Positions 41,029 to 52,445 of a DNA stretch of 53,696 nt are shown one piece after another. A model generated the notes under the pieces. That model searched no databases and was not told where the DNA came from. It saw only the letters and a list, made by a program, of their open reading frames with translations. The stretch comes from Catajapyx aquilonaris (Eukaryota). Location: positions 1 through 53,696 of the forward strand of contig JYFJ02002623.1 of NCBI GenBank assembly GCA_000934665.2, written 5' to 3'. Made by a program: the position numbers and the translations under genes. How positions within the stretch are numbered: the stretch's first letter is position 1; each line of letters begins with the position of its first letter.

Positions 41029-42816
41029 TCAATACAGAGGTGGGAACAGCATGATATTAACTGGAGGGGGACGCAAACTCTGAGTTGGGGAGGTGTAGAA
41101 TAATGTTCTGAGCATATGCCAGAAGAGAAGGTTGAATATTGAGTGTGCTCCAATCCTTCCCAGGCTAGCACTCCACCCTTTGTAAAAGCCACCTGGCCCC
41201 TCAGTCCTTATTATTCTATACACGCAGTTAAACCATCCGGAGTACAACTTTCCCTTACCGTCAGCACCAACTGGCTGCTGGTACAGCCTCGTGGCCACCA
41301 CATCAAAAGGCGTCATGGTAACTGAGTTGCTGAAGCCAGATGCAACTGAGCACAGGATGGGAGCTGCAAAAGGCCCATTGATCCACGCAACTGGATGCTT
41401 GTCCAAGTATTCCATTGTGGCTGAGAAAGTGGTCAGCTGGGTGGCAGATCCAACTGTCATTCGGCCAATGGCCCCATTAACACCCTTCCACAGCCCCTTT
41501 ATCCCGCCTACCCTCCACACTTCTCTCAGGAGGTGCACTGTTCCTGGATTCTTGTGATGTGTTGGGTCTGCTTGCAAGTTGGTCTTGACAAGGTAGAAAG
41601 GGCTGCCTAGGGATGTTCCCAGACATCCTGTAAATCCCGCTGCAATGATACTCTTCCACCCAACAATCTCGCCAGACTTGTCACCTGTACCATGGAGATA
41701 CCCCCGTGCCTCCATCCAGTGATACGCACCCAGTCTTGTCCCATTCATTATGAATTGATAACAGAGGGCAGGTGCCAGACCCTTTTGCACAGCACGTATT
41801 CCTTCCCCACTTGCAACGTGCCATACTGCCTGGAACACATTCTTGTATTCAATCTGTAAAATAATTTACAGTGTAATTATGTGAATTATTACGTCACTAA
41901 GTGTTTGCAGAAGGGCAGTCATTTTCTCCACAAAATTGACTGTTGTTGCAGGAGAAAGTAATTTGGTGACTGCTGAAATAAGTCCTTATTTATTCTGGGT
42001 GGTTACTTCCACCTCAGGTGTCAGATGTATCCTGCAGCATTGTGGCTATCGTGTACTCTTACATCTAGATGCACCTTTTCCAAGAGCCTTTTTCAGCTGG
42101 AAATCTGACAGAAAAATTGGAAATTTTATTGCTGTTTTTTTTGTTGACAAAACTAATACAGTAAAACCTCGATATAATGGTCGTCTCCAAGGGACCGCCC
42201 AAAAGTAGGGATATAGGAGGGATAGTGTTATAAACAGGAAAATTTACCTTATGGAAATGATCAAGGGAACAGAAAAAAGGGGGCGTTTTATCGAGGTTTT
42301 ACTGTATTACATTTTTCTTCTCCTTTTACAGCTGAAAAAGGCTTCCAGGAAGCAGGTACAACCTGGCTTTAGGGAGAAAACAAATGGGAAGCAACACTTC
42401 ATAGATAATAAGGCCTGAGAAGTCACAACTGATTGTGAGTGGATCTGGTTTGGAAATAGTACGTGAAATTTTCGTTGTACTACTAGTTACTTTTAAATTA
42501 GCAATACCAGTGTAATGCAATGGTACTGCTAAGTTAAAAGTCACTAGTAGTATGACGAAAATTCCCCCAATATGTTCAAAAGTTGACCGCTCTTCAGTTG
42601 CTTCAATCCATCCTACCCATGTGTTACTTTCCATGCTTGCTACGTACACAGTTGTCCCCCCTAGTACCGCTACTAGTAGTTCAGTAAAATATCTACCGCA
42701 TATTGTCCTTTGGCCTTCAGCTCCCCCTGCATCTGCAACCTCGTCTTGGCCACATCTAAGGGGTTGCTGATTACTCCAGCAGCCACTGACGCAGTGCCAG
42801 CCAATAGAAATTCCAT
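41029..42816 (-). CDS. SLC25A35: Mitochondrial carrier, SLC25A35/SLC25A34 (Oac1-like) family, copy A. Exons 42816-42697 and 41853-41029; 314 aa.
   Basis: [101 protein letters not shown]. Three carrier repeats and one phase-0 GT-AG intron. Confidence 0.92.
42159..42304. mobile_element. pogo/Tigger-like MITE, 146 bp, in the intron of SLC25A35 copy A
   Basis: 16-bp perfect TIRs CAGTAAAACCTCGATA / TATCGAGGTTTTACTG with TA on both sides. Confidence 0.85.
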
Positions 42817-43198
42817 CTCACACTGTGAAAATGTGCTTATTCATAAAAATCTAACAAATCAGTACCTAACTAACAATGAATAAGAGATTGTTTACTCCAG
42901 CTGCCAATGTTTGCGGAAGTCAAGTTTCAACAAATAATAGCAAGAATTATTACTAATTTGAGCCCCGCAGTCTGTCTGGATTGGTAAAATGACGCCTAAC
43001 AGATTAACCATCTGATCTGGAATAAATCCAGCCATTGATTGCATTGTGCAGAAAATATTGTTACGCACTTAACTACCTGCTACAAGATGAGGCGGCCTGC
43101 CGAAACATTCCCTCCCTACTGGCAGCGTTGGATTGTACTCGTTTTGTCTGACACAGTCATGCGATTTGCACCGACCGTGCGGGATCATCTGTCTTCGC

Positions 43199-43234
43199 AG
43201 TGTTTATGAATTTAAAAGTGTTTATGAATTTAAA
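43199..43234. repeat. 18-bp perfect tandem duplication in the divergent promoter interval
   Basis: AGTGTTTATGAATTTAAA x2. Confidence 0.85.
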
Positions 43235-43437
43235 ACACACACACATCCCGCCTCAACAATTGAATATGGTTTGCTTGTCCGTCGCCAGGTGGCAGAAATA
43301 TCAATCTGCCAGTGTCGCCACCTGTCATACGGATTAACGGATATGGTCTGTGATGCAGATGTGATCAGATCAGATGGTACTGTACGGGATGCTGCATGGA
43401 TGCGACACCAGCAACTAATAGTAGTTAGAAGCAAGCA

Positions 43438-46093
43438 ATGGCAAGGAAGAAGGCAAGCAGGGCTGGCAAGAAGAAAGGTGCTGTACCACACAGCGCAACT
43501 CCCCAGCAGGTGATTCAGTTGCTGCCGACGGCTCTCATGCACCTGGAGGCCTTCCTCCACAAGGTATATCCTACAGGGCTGCAGCACTGGATGTGAGGTC
43601 ACACTAATTGTTCTGTGCGTTGCAGGTTGCTTGCCTGGATGTGTTTGAAGTTCTGTCGTTCAAGTACAAGCTGCGTGATTCGTGTACAGAAGAATCGGAG
43701 GAGAAGGTCGTGACAGGTGGGGACGATGCGCTGCAGGATGGCCTGGGACAGCTGGTAGGAGACCTGGTTGGACAGCTGCAGATGATTCTGGCTCAGGTGC
43801 AGAGTTTGGATGGTGGGGACAAGGAAGGCGGGGATAGAAGGCCCGGACTGGATGGAGGGTGTGACAGCCCAGCAGGTGATTTAATACTGTGAGGGTTTGC
43901 ATCTGCAGTCTTCAGCCAGCCTGAATCAATGTCTTGAGTAGTAAAATTTCATTGCCAATATATGCAGCTTGTATTTCACGCCAGGAAAGTCAACCTCACA
44001 GGTTTATTTAGAGGAGCCAGTAAATACAGGGTGGCAGGGGATGGTGGGGGTGGGAGGAACAACAGTGGAGGGGAGGGCGGATGGAGGAGTGGATGGACAG
44101 GGGGGATGGGGGTCTTTGCTGGCGGGAATGGAATAGAGGGGCTGGGGGTGGTAGTGGGGAGAGGGCGATGTGACTCCTTCGGCCGTCAGAGAAGGAATGG
44201 ACAGTTTCCCCAGCAACTCAACAGAGGAGTTGGTTACACCCCATTGCGCATGATTAGAACGCGGGCCAATGTCCCATGTCCTTTTCGTCTCCTGCGGCCA
44301 AGGATGACCTCGGAGGTCAAGTGCAATGTGCTTATGACCTTCCCAGTAAAAAACTACCCCTGATCATTCCCCTGGGGCATAATATGTCAAGGCCTCTGTA
44401 TGGATTTGCATCGGGATCAGACAGACAGACATACATTGAGAAATATGTATTAGATTATATCCCAGCCTGTTGAGCAAAGTCTAGTGAGCGAGTATTGCTA
44501 CAAGAAAATGGCTTTAAAAGACAACTGGTTTCAAATAGTCGAGACTAATTTTGTATTTCCATTAGGTAATGAGGGCATCATTCAGGACGACGACCACATG
44601 TACAACGAGAGTGACAGCAACTTGTTTAGTGCCGTGCAAAATACTTTGAATGGGGCATTGCCAAGGAAGAAGGGGCGCAATAGCAGAAAGAAGAAAGTGG
44701 TGGAGGAAGAAGTAGCTGATGTTCCATCCACTTCTCCGCCACCATTCCTGTGCTGCCAGGCATGCCTTGGCTGCTTCCCTTCCTCAAGTGACTCAACATT
44801 CAGTTCCCATTCCTGCAAGGGCAATGGAGGAGATGCCTCTCTCCCTTCACCCATCCCAGTTTCCCTCTGTGCCTCCCGTCTTTTAAAGCTTCGTCGCCTA
44901 GTATGTGGAGTTTGTGGAGAGGAATACCGCAGTGTCTCACGCATGACCTACCACTTGTCCCATACTTGCACAGCTGGCCCTTACCCTTGTGAGCTGTGCC
45001 ACCTGCAATATCCAACTAGGAGGGAACTGAATTCCCATAAGAAGAGTTCACATTTGTCTGAGAGGAGCTTTTTGTGCTCTGAGTGCGGAAAAGGCTTCAA
45101 GTTCAGGGCTTCCTTGCAGAAGCATCAGGTATGGTGAAATGTAGTGAGTTCACAGCACTTACTGTTAGAGGGACAGTGGACAAGATACACTTGCATTGAA
45201 GTAATTCTCTTTTCAATCGTATTCATTAATTATTTTAAATGCCATAGTTTTAATTATTAATTTTTTGCTCTGATTGTATCCTAATGTAGTTCATTATGTA
45301 GGAGAATAGGGACTGATGGTAAAATGACATGGCAAATTCAGGCGATACTTTTTGTAACTATTCCCATCGCTTTTTCCATCATTTCCAGGTGAATAGACAT
45401 GAAACTACTGCTGCGACTGCAGGCCTCCCAACATGTCAGCCATGTGGCCGAACATTTGTGCGCAAGACCCAACTGCACGCACATTTATCACGAGTGCATG
45501 GCATTGATCATGAGTCAGAGAGGCGCTTCTTGTGCCAGCAGTGTGGACAGCGCTTCTACACAGGTGGAGCCTTGAAACAGCACCTGGCCTTTCACTTGCC
45601 TACAGCACCAGTGTTTCCCTGTCCCCACTGCTCCAAGTCATTTGGGCGAAGAGACAAACTCAAGTATCACATTCGCACCCATACTGGGGAGAGACCTCAT
45701 CCTTGTCCTGTGTGTGGGAAGGGTTTTGTGCGAAGGGCCAAAATGCAGGAACACTTGCGGAGGCACAGGGGTGAGAGACGACATGTGTGTCCCCACTGCA
45801 CCACCCCCACACACAGAAAGGCATATGCATCCTCCTGGGATCTCACTGTGCACCTCAGGAAGCACCATGGCCATCAGTCAGCCGCAAGCGATGGGAGTGA
45901 AGTCCAAGAGGAGCCCCCAGTCTTGCCACCAGAACCAATTCCTGCATCACTTCCACCTCCTCCTACTTACGTACAATTACTGCAGCTCCCTACCTACCAG
46001 CAGCAACAGCAACCAGCAGGGTTCTTGCTCACACCATCTGCAACTTCGCCTTTCAATATCCTCTCTGCCACTGTCAGTGGACTGCTTTACTAA
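43438..46093 (+). CDS. Multi-C2H2 zinc-finger protein. Exons 43438-43563, 43626-43875, 44566-45128 and 45389-46093; ~547 aa.
   Basis: About 8 fingers (e.g. CSECGKGFKFRASLQKHQ|VNRH split by an intron, and CPHCSKSFGRRDKLKYHIRTHTGERP). Basic NLS-like N-terminus MARKKASRAGKKK and a P/Q-rich C-terminus. Introns in phases 0, 1 and 0, the first two with CTAAT branch points. The first two exons are less certain than the finger exons. Confidence 0.85.
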
Positions 46094-46959
46094 CCCAGCA
46101 AAATAATGCATCATGAAGGTGCAATGGTGAAGATGTTATCTGCAATTCCTTCAGGTTGTACTGGTAAGCTATGAGTTCCTCTTTCACCTTGTTTGATAGT
46201 GTATGTCCTCGACAGTGAAACTTGTTTATAGGGGAAGAACTGTTCCACTGACGTTGTGAGACTTCAAGTGCCTTTATGTGCGATTCAAAATCAACAAGAA
46301 TAATTTTGCCTTTGAATCTCACCTTCTGACATGAGTGAGAGGAAGTGCACACCTTACTTACTGTACTGTACACATGATCACAAATTATGCTGCACAGTGG
46401 AGTTCAGGTTAGCAGATGCACAGCCATGATTGGGGTCACATTGAGCTATCATATTATTGACTTTATTAACCTGAACTACCTCTGTTGTCAGCATTGCGGT
46501 TACAATCCCTTAATTAACCTGTGCCCAAGTAGGTCACCATCTGTGAAGATCTGTGAATAACAAAATCCAGATATGGAGGTTACGCCTGGTCGATTTTCAC
46601 CTCATTTTATATCATTTCCTGTGTGTCACTGTGCATGAAATCAGTGCATCATTCGGGTTACCCCATTATTTGTATCATCTGCATGACTGCATGTGAGATT
46701 GAGTAGGCCATGCCCGCAATGACGCCTGCAATATTAGATTTTGCGCGCAAAATTGGATCCAAAATGGAATCCCCTCTGGCATGTGCCCAAACCTAGTTTG
46801 TGAAATTGGCAGACCATTGGATGAGTAGCTCAAGGTCATTTGGGGGTGTGGACAAGGAGTATATGTGTCATATCGCGAATCGCCGAGCAGACGAAATTGG
46901 CAGCACACGTGCCTCGCACTTACGGCTGTGAAGAGCACATGTGTGCAAATTGGTAGGCG

Positions 46960-48689
46960 ATGGAGTTCGTATTGGGCGGGTGCGCGGCCGTGGGGGCGGG
47001 AATATTGAGCAACCCGATGGAGGTGGCCAAGACAAGGATGCAGCTGCAGGGAGAGCTGCAGGCCAAAGGGAAATACCAGGTATCGGCAGACGGAGGAATT
47101 TGCCAATTTCGGGCGTAATCAGTGCACTTAATCGTTGACGTACTCACCTTGCCCGACAGTTACGTCACATTTCGCGGGTCCGGCAATGTTTTCGCATCCT
47201 ATTTGATATGTATGGTCATCCTCAAAGGTGTTGAGATATGTTTTGGCGTAATGTGCAGATAAATTTCTGGTTCATGCAGGAAATATTACTTGCTTGAGAG
47301 GATTATTCATTCATTCATTCATTACACTCACAGAATATTCCCAAGATGGGGGCTTGGGAGGATTATGAAATGTGTTAATGGGACTTGACTGTAATCAGTC
47401 TGAAACAGGATATACTCAGCTGTTCATTTTACAGAGAGCAAAGAAGGACACTGTCAAGTGAGGGCTGAAGGACATTTCCGTCCCGACACTGACAATGAGA
47501 CACATATTAAAATTTTGTTCGTGAAAGATTTCCTCTCATGTGTAAATTAATATTTACATGTTGACTGAATACACCAACATACTAACCTATATACTTCCCA
47601 GTATAGTATTTGCAAGTTGTCTTTAGCCTGCTAATGGTATATTCAAAAGATTAATTGTGGCCATTATGCCAAAATCGTCCCATTGGTTTTTATGTCACCA
47701 GTAAATCCTGACCATCCAGAGGCTCGTGACAAGATCTCGTTGCTAATGCTCAATTAGCTTTTCAGTTTTGGTTGTGACCTCTGTCCTGGCTCTTAAATTT
47801 ACAAACTATTGTGTAATGATTACAATCCCAAATTATCAAGGCTTCCTATGAAATCTGATATTAATGTGAGCTTCTTCTTCTTCAGATGCACTACAAAAAT
47901 GTGATTCAGGCCATGTGGCGCATTGGATCTGAGGAAGGACTGCGCTCCATACAGAAGGGTCTGGTTCCTGCCTTGTGGTACCAGTTCACAATGAATGGTG
48001 TGCGGTTGGGGGCATACCATTGGCTGCAGGCAAGGGGCTTCCTCCAAGGGGATGGAGAAAAGGTTGGAGGGATGCCTGGATGGAGGAGCGTTGTTGCTGG
48101 GGCAGTATCTGGTTGCATTGGGACAACCATAGGCAGCCCGTTCTACTTGATCAAGACTCATCTGCAGGCCGATGTTGGTAGAAAGAAGAATCCAGGGGTG
48201 ATTCAACTTCTCACATTAGAGTATAGGGAAGGAGGGAGAGGACTCGTGGGGCTCTGGAAGGGAGTTGGAGGAGCCATTCCTCGTGTGGCAGTTGGCTCAG
48301 CAACACAGTTAACCACCTTTGCAGCCACTATGGAGCTACTGAAGGAGTACCCAGTGCCTTGGGCTAGTGGACCCTGGGCAGCTCCCATCCTGTGCTCCAT
48401 GGCCTCAGGTGTGACTGTGTCTGTTTTCATGACGCCTTTGGATGTGGTGGCTACTAGGCTGTACCAGCAGCCACTGGATTCAAAGGGCAAAGGAATGTTG
48501 TATTCTGGTTGGTTTGACAGTGTCTGGAAGATTTTTAGGACTGAGGGACCTCCAGGGTTTTACAAGGGATGGACTGCTAATCTTGCAAGAGTAGGGCCAC
48601 ACACAGTTTTTACACTGGTGTTCTGGCACTGGCTTAGGACACTCTTCTATAACTCGGGTCCTAGTACCACCCAACCCTCTGCTACATGA
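46960..48689 (+). CDS. SLC25A35: Mitochondrial carrier, SLC25A35/SLC25A34 (Oac1-like) family, copy B. Exons 46960-47079 and 47886-48689; 307 aa.
   Basis: [102 protein letters not shown]. Same intron position as copy A; AATAAA at 48750-48755. Confidence 0.94.
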
Positions 48690-49426
48690 ACCACTTTCAT
48701 TCCAACACTTCATGGTCTTGTCAATTTTCTTAGGGTAAAAGTGCTTAAAAATAAATGATGCAAGTATTCCAAGTCATTGAATTTTATGATATCAAAAAGT
48801 GGTGTAGTGTTATGAATCATTCCAATCGGACAAAAAAGATCATGACTTGATCCCAAGGCAGGCATTTCTCCCCCATTGGTATGAAGTTAAAGCCTGAGTA
48901 AGAAGTCTATCCGAAGGTGAAATTTACACATGAATAGATATCCAGGGTAAGACAATGCTCAACAAGAGTTATTGTATATGCACCAGCATATTCTCTGTCC
49001 GTCACTTAATGCTTACTCATGGCTGAGCATTACTAAAAAGGACGAATTACATGTGTATTTGAAGCCAATAAAGGTTACATGGCATTTGCCCCTGTGGAAC
49101 AATGCATTATCTAACATAGGAGTAAAGAGGGGTGGTAGCAGTCCATGTCCAGTAGACTTCGGATATAACAGACTTCAAGGGAACAGGGAAGTGAGTCCAC
49201 TATAATCGAGGTCTGTTATAGCAGAGTACACAGGTTACAATAATTACTAGAATTTATCATGGCCCATGCTATACTTGTCTATGTGCAAGATTGAAGGGTG
49301 ATTTTGGAGCTACTCTCCTAATTAAATAAATCTGCTTTTACCTAATACCGACAATACCCATTTCATATCATTTTAAAAAGAGAGTCCATAACTTGAGTAA
49401 CCTAATCGCAGAAACTTCACTTATAT

Positions 49427-49733
49427 CAGCAGTTCTCAACCGGCGGGGCGTGGCCCTCTGGGGGACCGTGGAGGGGTGGTAGGAGGGATGCATGTACTTA
49501 CCCTCATGATGTAGCTTTGTACTGATTATGGCATGTAGTGTACTCGTGTACCCGTACCAAGCATAGCAGATTTGGTAAGTACAGTACTTCTGTACATTCC
49601 TAAACAAAAAACTACTTATTGGACTACTTGCTTGTAGTGAAGTAGTCATAGTGCCTAGATAGGTGGGGCATGGAGGGCGATATTTGAAATTACTTTCCCC
49701 TGTCCCCTGATATGGCATAGGTTGAGAACCATG
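49427..49733. mobile_element. hAT (Charlie-like) MITE, ~307 bp
   Basis: Termini CAGCAGTTCTCAACC / GGTTGAGAACCATG resemble the hAT-Charlie CAGTGGTTCTCAA end. The 8-bp flanks ACTTATAT / ACTTGTAT (7/8) fit a hAT TSD. Confidence 0.75.
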
Positions 49734-50025
49734 ACTTGTATGGAAGGACATGGTGCAGATGTGACAGGTGGGAGAGGTAAAGGATAATGATAATGAGAAG
49801 ATGCAATGAGGCAGGTGAAAGAAGTATTTTGAGGGCAAAAGCAATGGAGTAGTGAGTCATGAAATTTCTGTGGATACAAGATGGAATTTATTTATCAAAA
49901 TATGGAAACTAACTGAAGAATCTTGCAAGTATTTGGTTATGAAGCCTTCACTAATTGCATTCCTGGTTGCCTTGTACATTTTCCCAACACTGAACTTGTA
50001 TCTGATTATCATGCTGTCTGACAGT

Positions 50026-51798
50026 TCATGGCCGCCAGTCAGTAACCATGGAGCCAAGCAGTTCAAGAGTTTCATCGTAAGCAGCCATATCTGTAAGGAA
50101 TAGGGTAGGTGAACAATTTAGTTGAGTAGCATATTAAAATACGTATATCATGCCGCATCTCTTTAAAAAACGTGAGGTACCCACCAAAATTAGTGGTAAT
50201 TTCATCAGGGAAGGCAATGTACGAGTCGGCAACAATAGTATTCCTGGGCTGAGCTTTTCCCCTAACCTCCACCAGGCATCCATCATTGCTAGCCCGAAGG
50301 TCATCATCCAAAGGGTTCTTTAGACGTACTTGAACTGGCTTATTGTCACTTGCCATAAGCTCAAAACCCATGCCATTTCCTTCCACCTAAAACCACAATA
50401 TACGTTGTAAAACATCCTTCTTAAGGCTGGTTTCACCAAGCCCGGTCTTGATAAAACCGGGCTTGGTGAAACCGGCCCTTAAAATCACGATGAAAAGGGG
50501 GGAAAAACTGCCAGTATAGTTATTCAAAATGTACTTCACAAATTAGCTGAAGTATAAGATTGCATCTTGCTTTACAGCTAATATACGGCAATTGACGATG
50601 ACTTAAATATTCTTTTGCCTGTACAATTTATGCATGGTAACATTTTGACAGTTGGAAGTTGTAGAGAGAGGTATTTATGCAACAAATGATCCCAGCAGAT
50701 GGGGCTCATTGTTATTGCTCTGACCGACTAATAACAAAGACACATCATCCGTCTAAAATTGATATGCATTGAGGTGCGATCAAGTATTATACAGGGTGTT
50801 TACGACCTAACTTTACAAACTTCTAGGGGTAATAGAGGGGCCCAAGACAAACATATTTCACATAGGAACCCGTGTCCGGAAACGCCATCTCGAGGGGGTT
50901 CATAGACGAGGAACGGGTGCGCTCAGACACGTCAGGCGGGGGGCGTTGGCGGTCGGAGCTTTTAGTTGCTAGGTGGCACGTGGATTGTACACAACTTCGC
51001 AATTCGCAATAACCTGGCAACAACTATCAACTAAAGTCAGCATGCTACAGGCAAAGAGTTCTGCTATATTATATATACACCTAGAGGAGGTACTCGGCCT
51101 GAAATGTGAGGCAGGCAACCATGCAGGCAACAATATGACCTCCAACAAGATGGCGGACGCCTGACATTACTGAACTAATTGTCGCCCAGTTGTCATTATT
51201 GGTTGTTGTACCAGTTGCTAGACAACTGTTAGAACAACAATATGACCTCCAACAAGATGGCGGCTGCCTCAGCCTGTCTAATGGAAAAGGATAGGGAGTA
51301 CCTCCTCTAGGTATTATATTATATAATAGCAGAACTCTTTGGCTACAGGTAGCGCGCAGATAATAAAGAACAACTCTGTTGTTGCCAGGTTATGGCGAAT
51401 TGCTGAGTTGTGCACAATCTGCGCGCCACCTAGCAACTAAACGGTCTGCTCACTAATGCCGCCCGCCTGACGCATCTGAGCGCACCCATTCCTTGTCTAT
51501 GAACCCCCTCGAGATGGCGTTTCCGGACACGGGTTCCTATGTGAAATATGTTTGTCTTGGGCCCCTCTATTACCCCTAGAAGTTTGTAAAGTTAGGTCGT
51601 AAACACCCTGTATACCAAGTGAAGTATTGTACCACACTCCCAATAGAGACGCACCTTTGTAACCCTTCCAATGAGGATGACTTTCTTCCCAATCACTCGT
51701 CCCAAGTAGCCTGCATTGATTCTCAGTTGGAAGTCTAGGTCCTGGTCCATTCCAGGGCCATCGTACTCCATCTTCATATCACCAAAGTCGTCATCCAT
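50026..51798 (-). CDS. RPA3: Replication protein A 14 kDa subunit. Exons 51798-51655, 50386-50185 and 50090-50026; 136 aa.
   Basis: RINAGYLGRVIGKKVILIGRVTK|VEGNGMGFELMASDNKPVQV...LVEVRGKA...NF|DMAAYDETLELL fits the RPA3 OB-fold pattern. GT-AG introns in phases 0 and 1; minus-strand AATAAA at 49892-49887. Confidence 0.9.
50425..50477. mobile_element. Minimal hairpin element, probably a Harbinger-type MITE reduced to its TIRs
   Basis: 22-bp arms GGCTGGTTTCACCAAGCCCGGT / ACCGGGCTTGGTGAAACCGGCC (1 mismatch), 9-nt loop, TTAA nearby on both sides. Confidence 0.7.
50792..51610. mobile_element. Large foldback Tc1/mariner-type non-autonomous element, 819 bp, in RPA3 intron 1
   Basis: 116-bp perfect TIRs starting CAGGGTGTTTACGACC, imperfect inverted homology continuing to about 51090/51296, TA TSD, and a central 29-bp direct repeat. 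Confidence 0.93.
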
Positions 51799-52384
51799 CT
51801 TCAAATCCTATATGGCAACCACACTGCAACAATTCAGGTGAAAACACCAAGTGGCAGATTATCACAATGATTTCAGGTTACTGCAAACTGAAGCCGAACT
51901 GTACCAACGAAAATCAAGGCAAACTGCTGGCGATGAACTGTAATTAACCATGCATAATTTGAGATTTGCCTCTAATTTTCGTTTACTGCAGCATATTATT
52001 TTTAGGGCACTTCAAATTGACACAAAAATTGAAGTACTTCAACAGGTATGGCCATGTATTACATCTATTACAAAGTCAGCATGCCGCCCTGAAAATCTGC
52101 ACATGAAAAAGCAGCTTAGGCACGACATGAGCTTGCGAAAACCTACAAATTCATTCAAAAAAGTAGCAAAAACGTGCACAAACCTGTCAAAATATGAAGC
52201 AAACGTGACAAAGACGCCACTAGGCCTAGCGATGATTGCCGCCACTTTTATTTCCTTCCCCTTCAGTCAAGTATGGTTCATAACTTGATGTTATTTTTAT
52301 CACGATTTTGTTTACAAATACTTTTAAATATTAAATATTAGTGATAATTTTCATATCATGAAAAGTGCGTGTAAATGTAACTTG

Positions 52385-52445
52385 GTCGGTTTCCATTGGC
52401 TAGCTGAGTAACGTCAGCAATTCCTACAGCCAATCAGAGTGCAAT
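52385..52445. promoter_or_regulatory. Candidate RPA3 promoter module: two CCAAT boxes flanking a CRE-like site
   Basis: CCATTGGC...TAACGTCA...AGCCAATCAG about 600 bp upstream of the RPA3 ATG. A UTR acceptor (TATAG|GATTTGAAGATG) precedes that ATG. Function is inferred. Confidence 0.35.

Noticed and set aside
41029..47079. Trans-splicing of the minus-strand SLC25A35 exon to the plus-strand exon 1 at 46960-47079
   Set aside because: Copy A has its own exon 1 at 42816-42697, too short for the ORF track, so ordinary cis-splicing explains it.
49149..49228. pogo-like left end CAGTAGACTTCGGATATAAC resembling the 42159 MITE
   Set aside because: No matching right TIR or TSD; too degraded to call.
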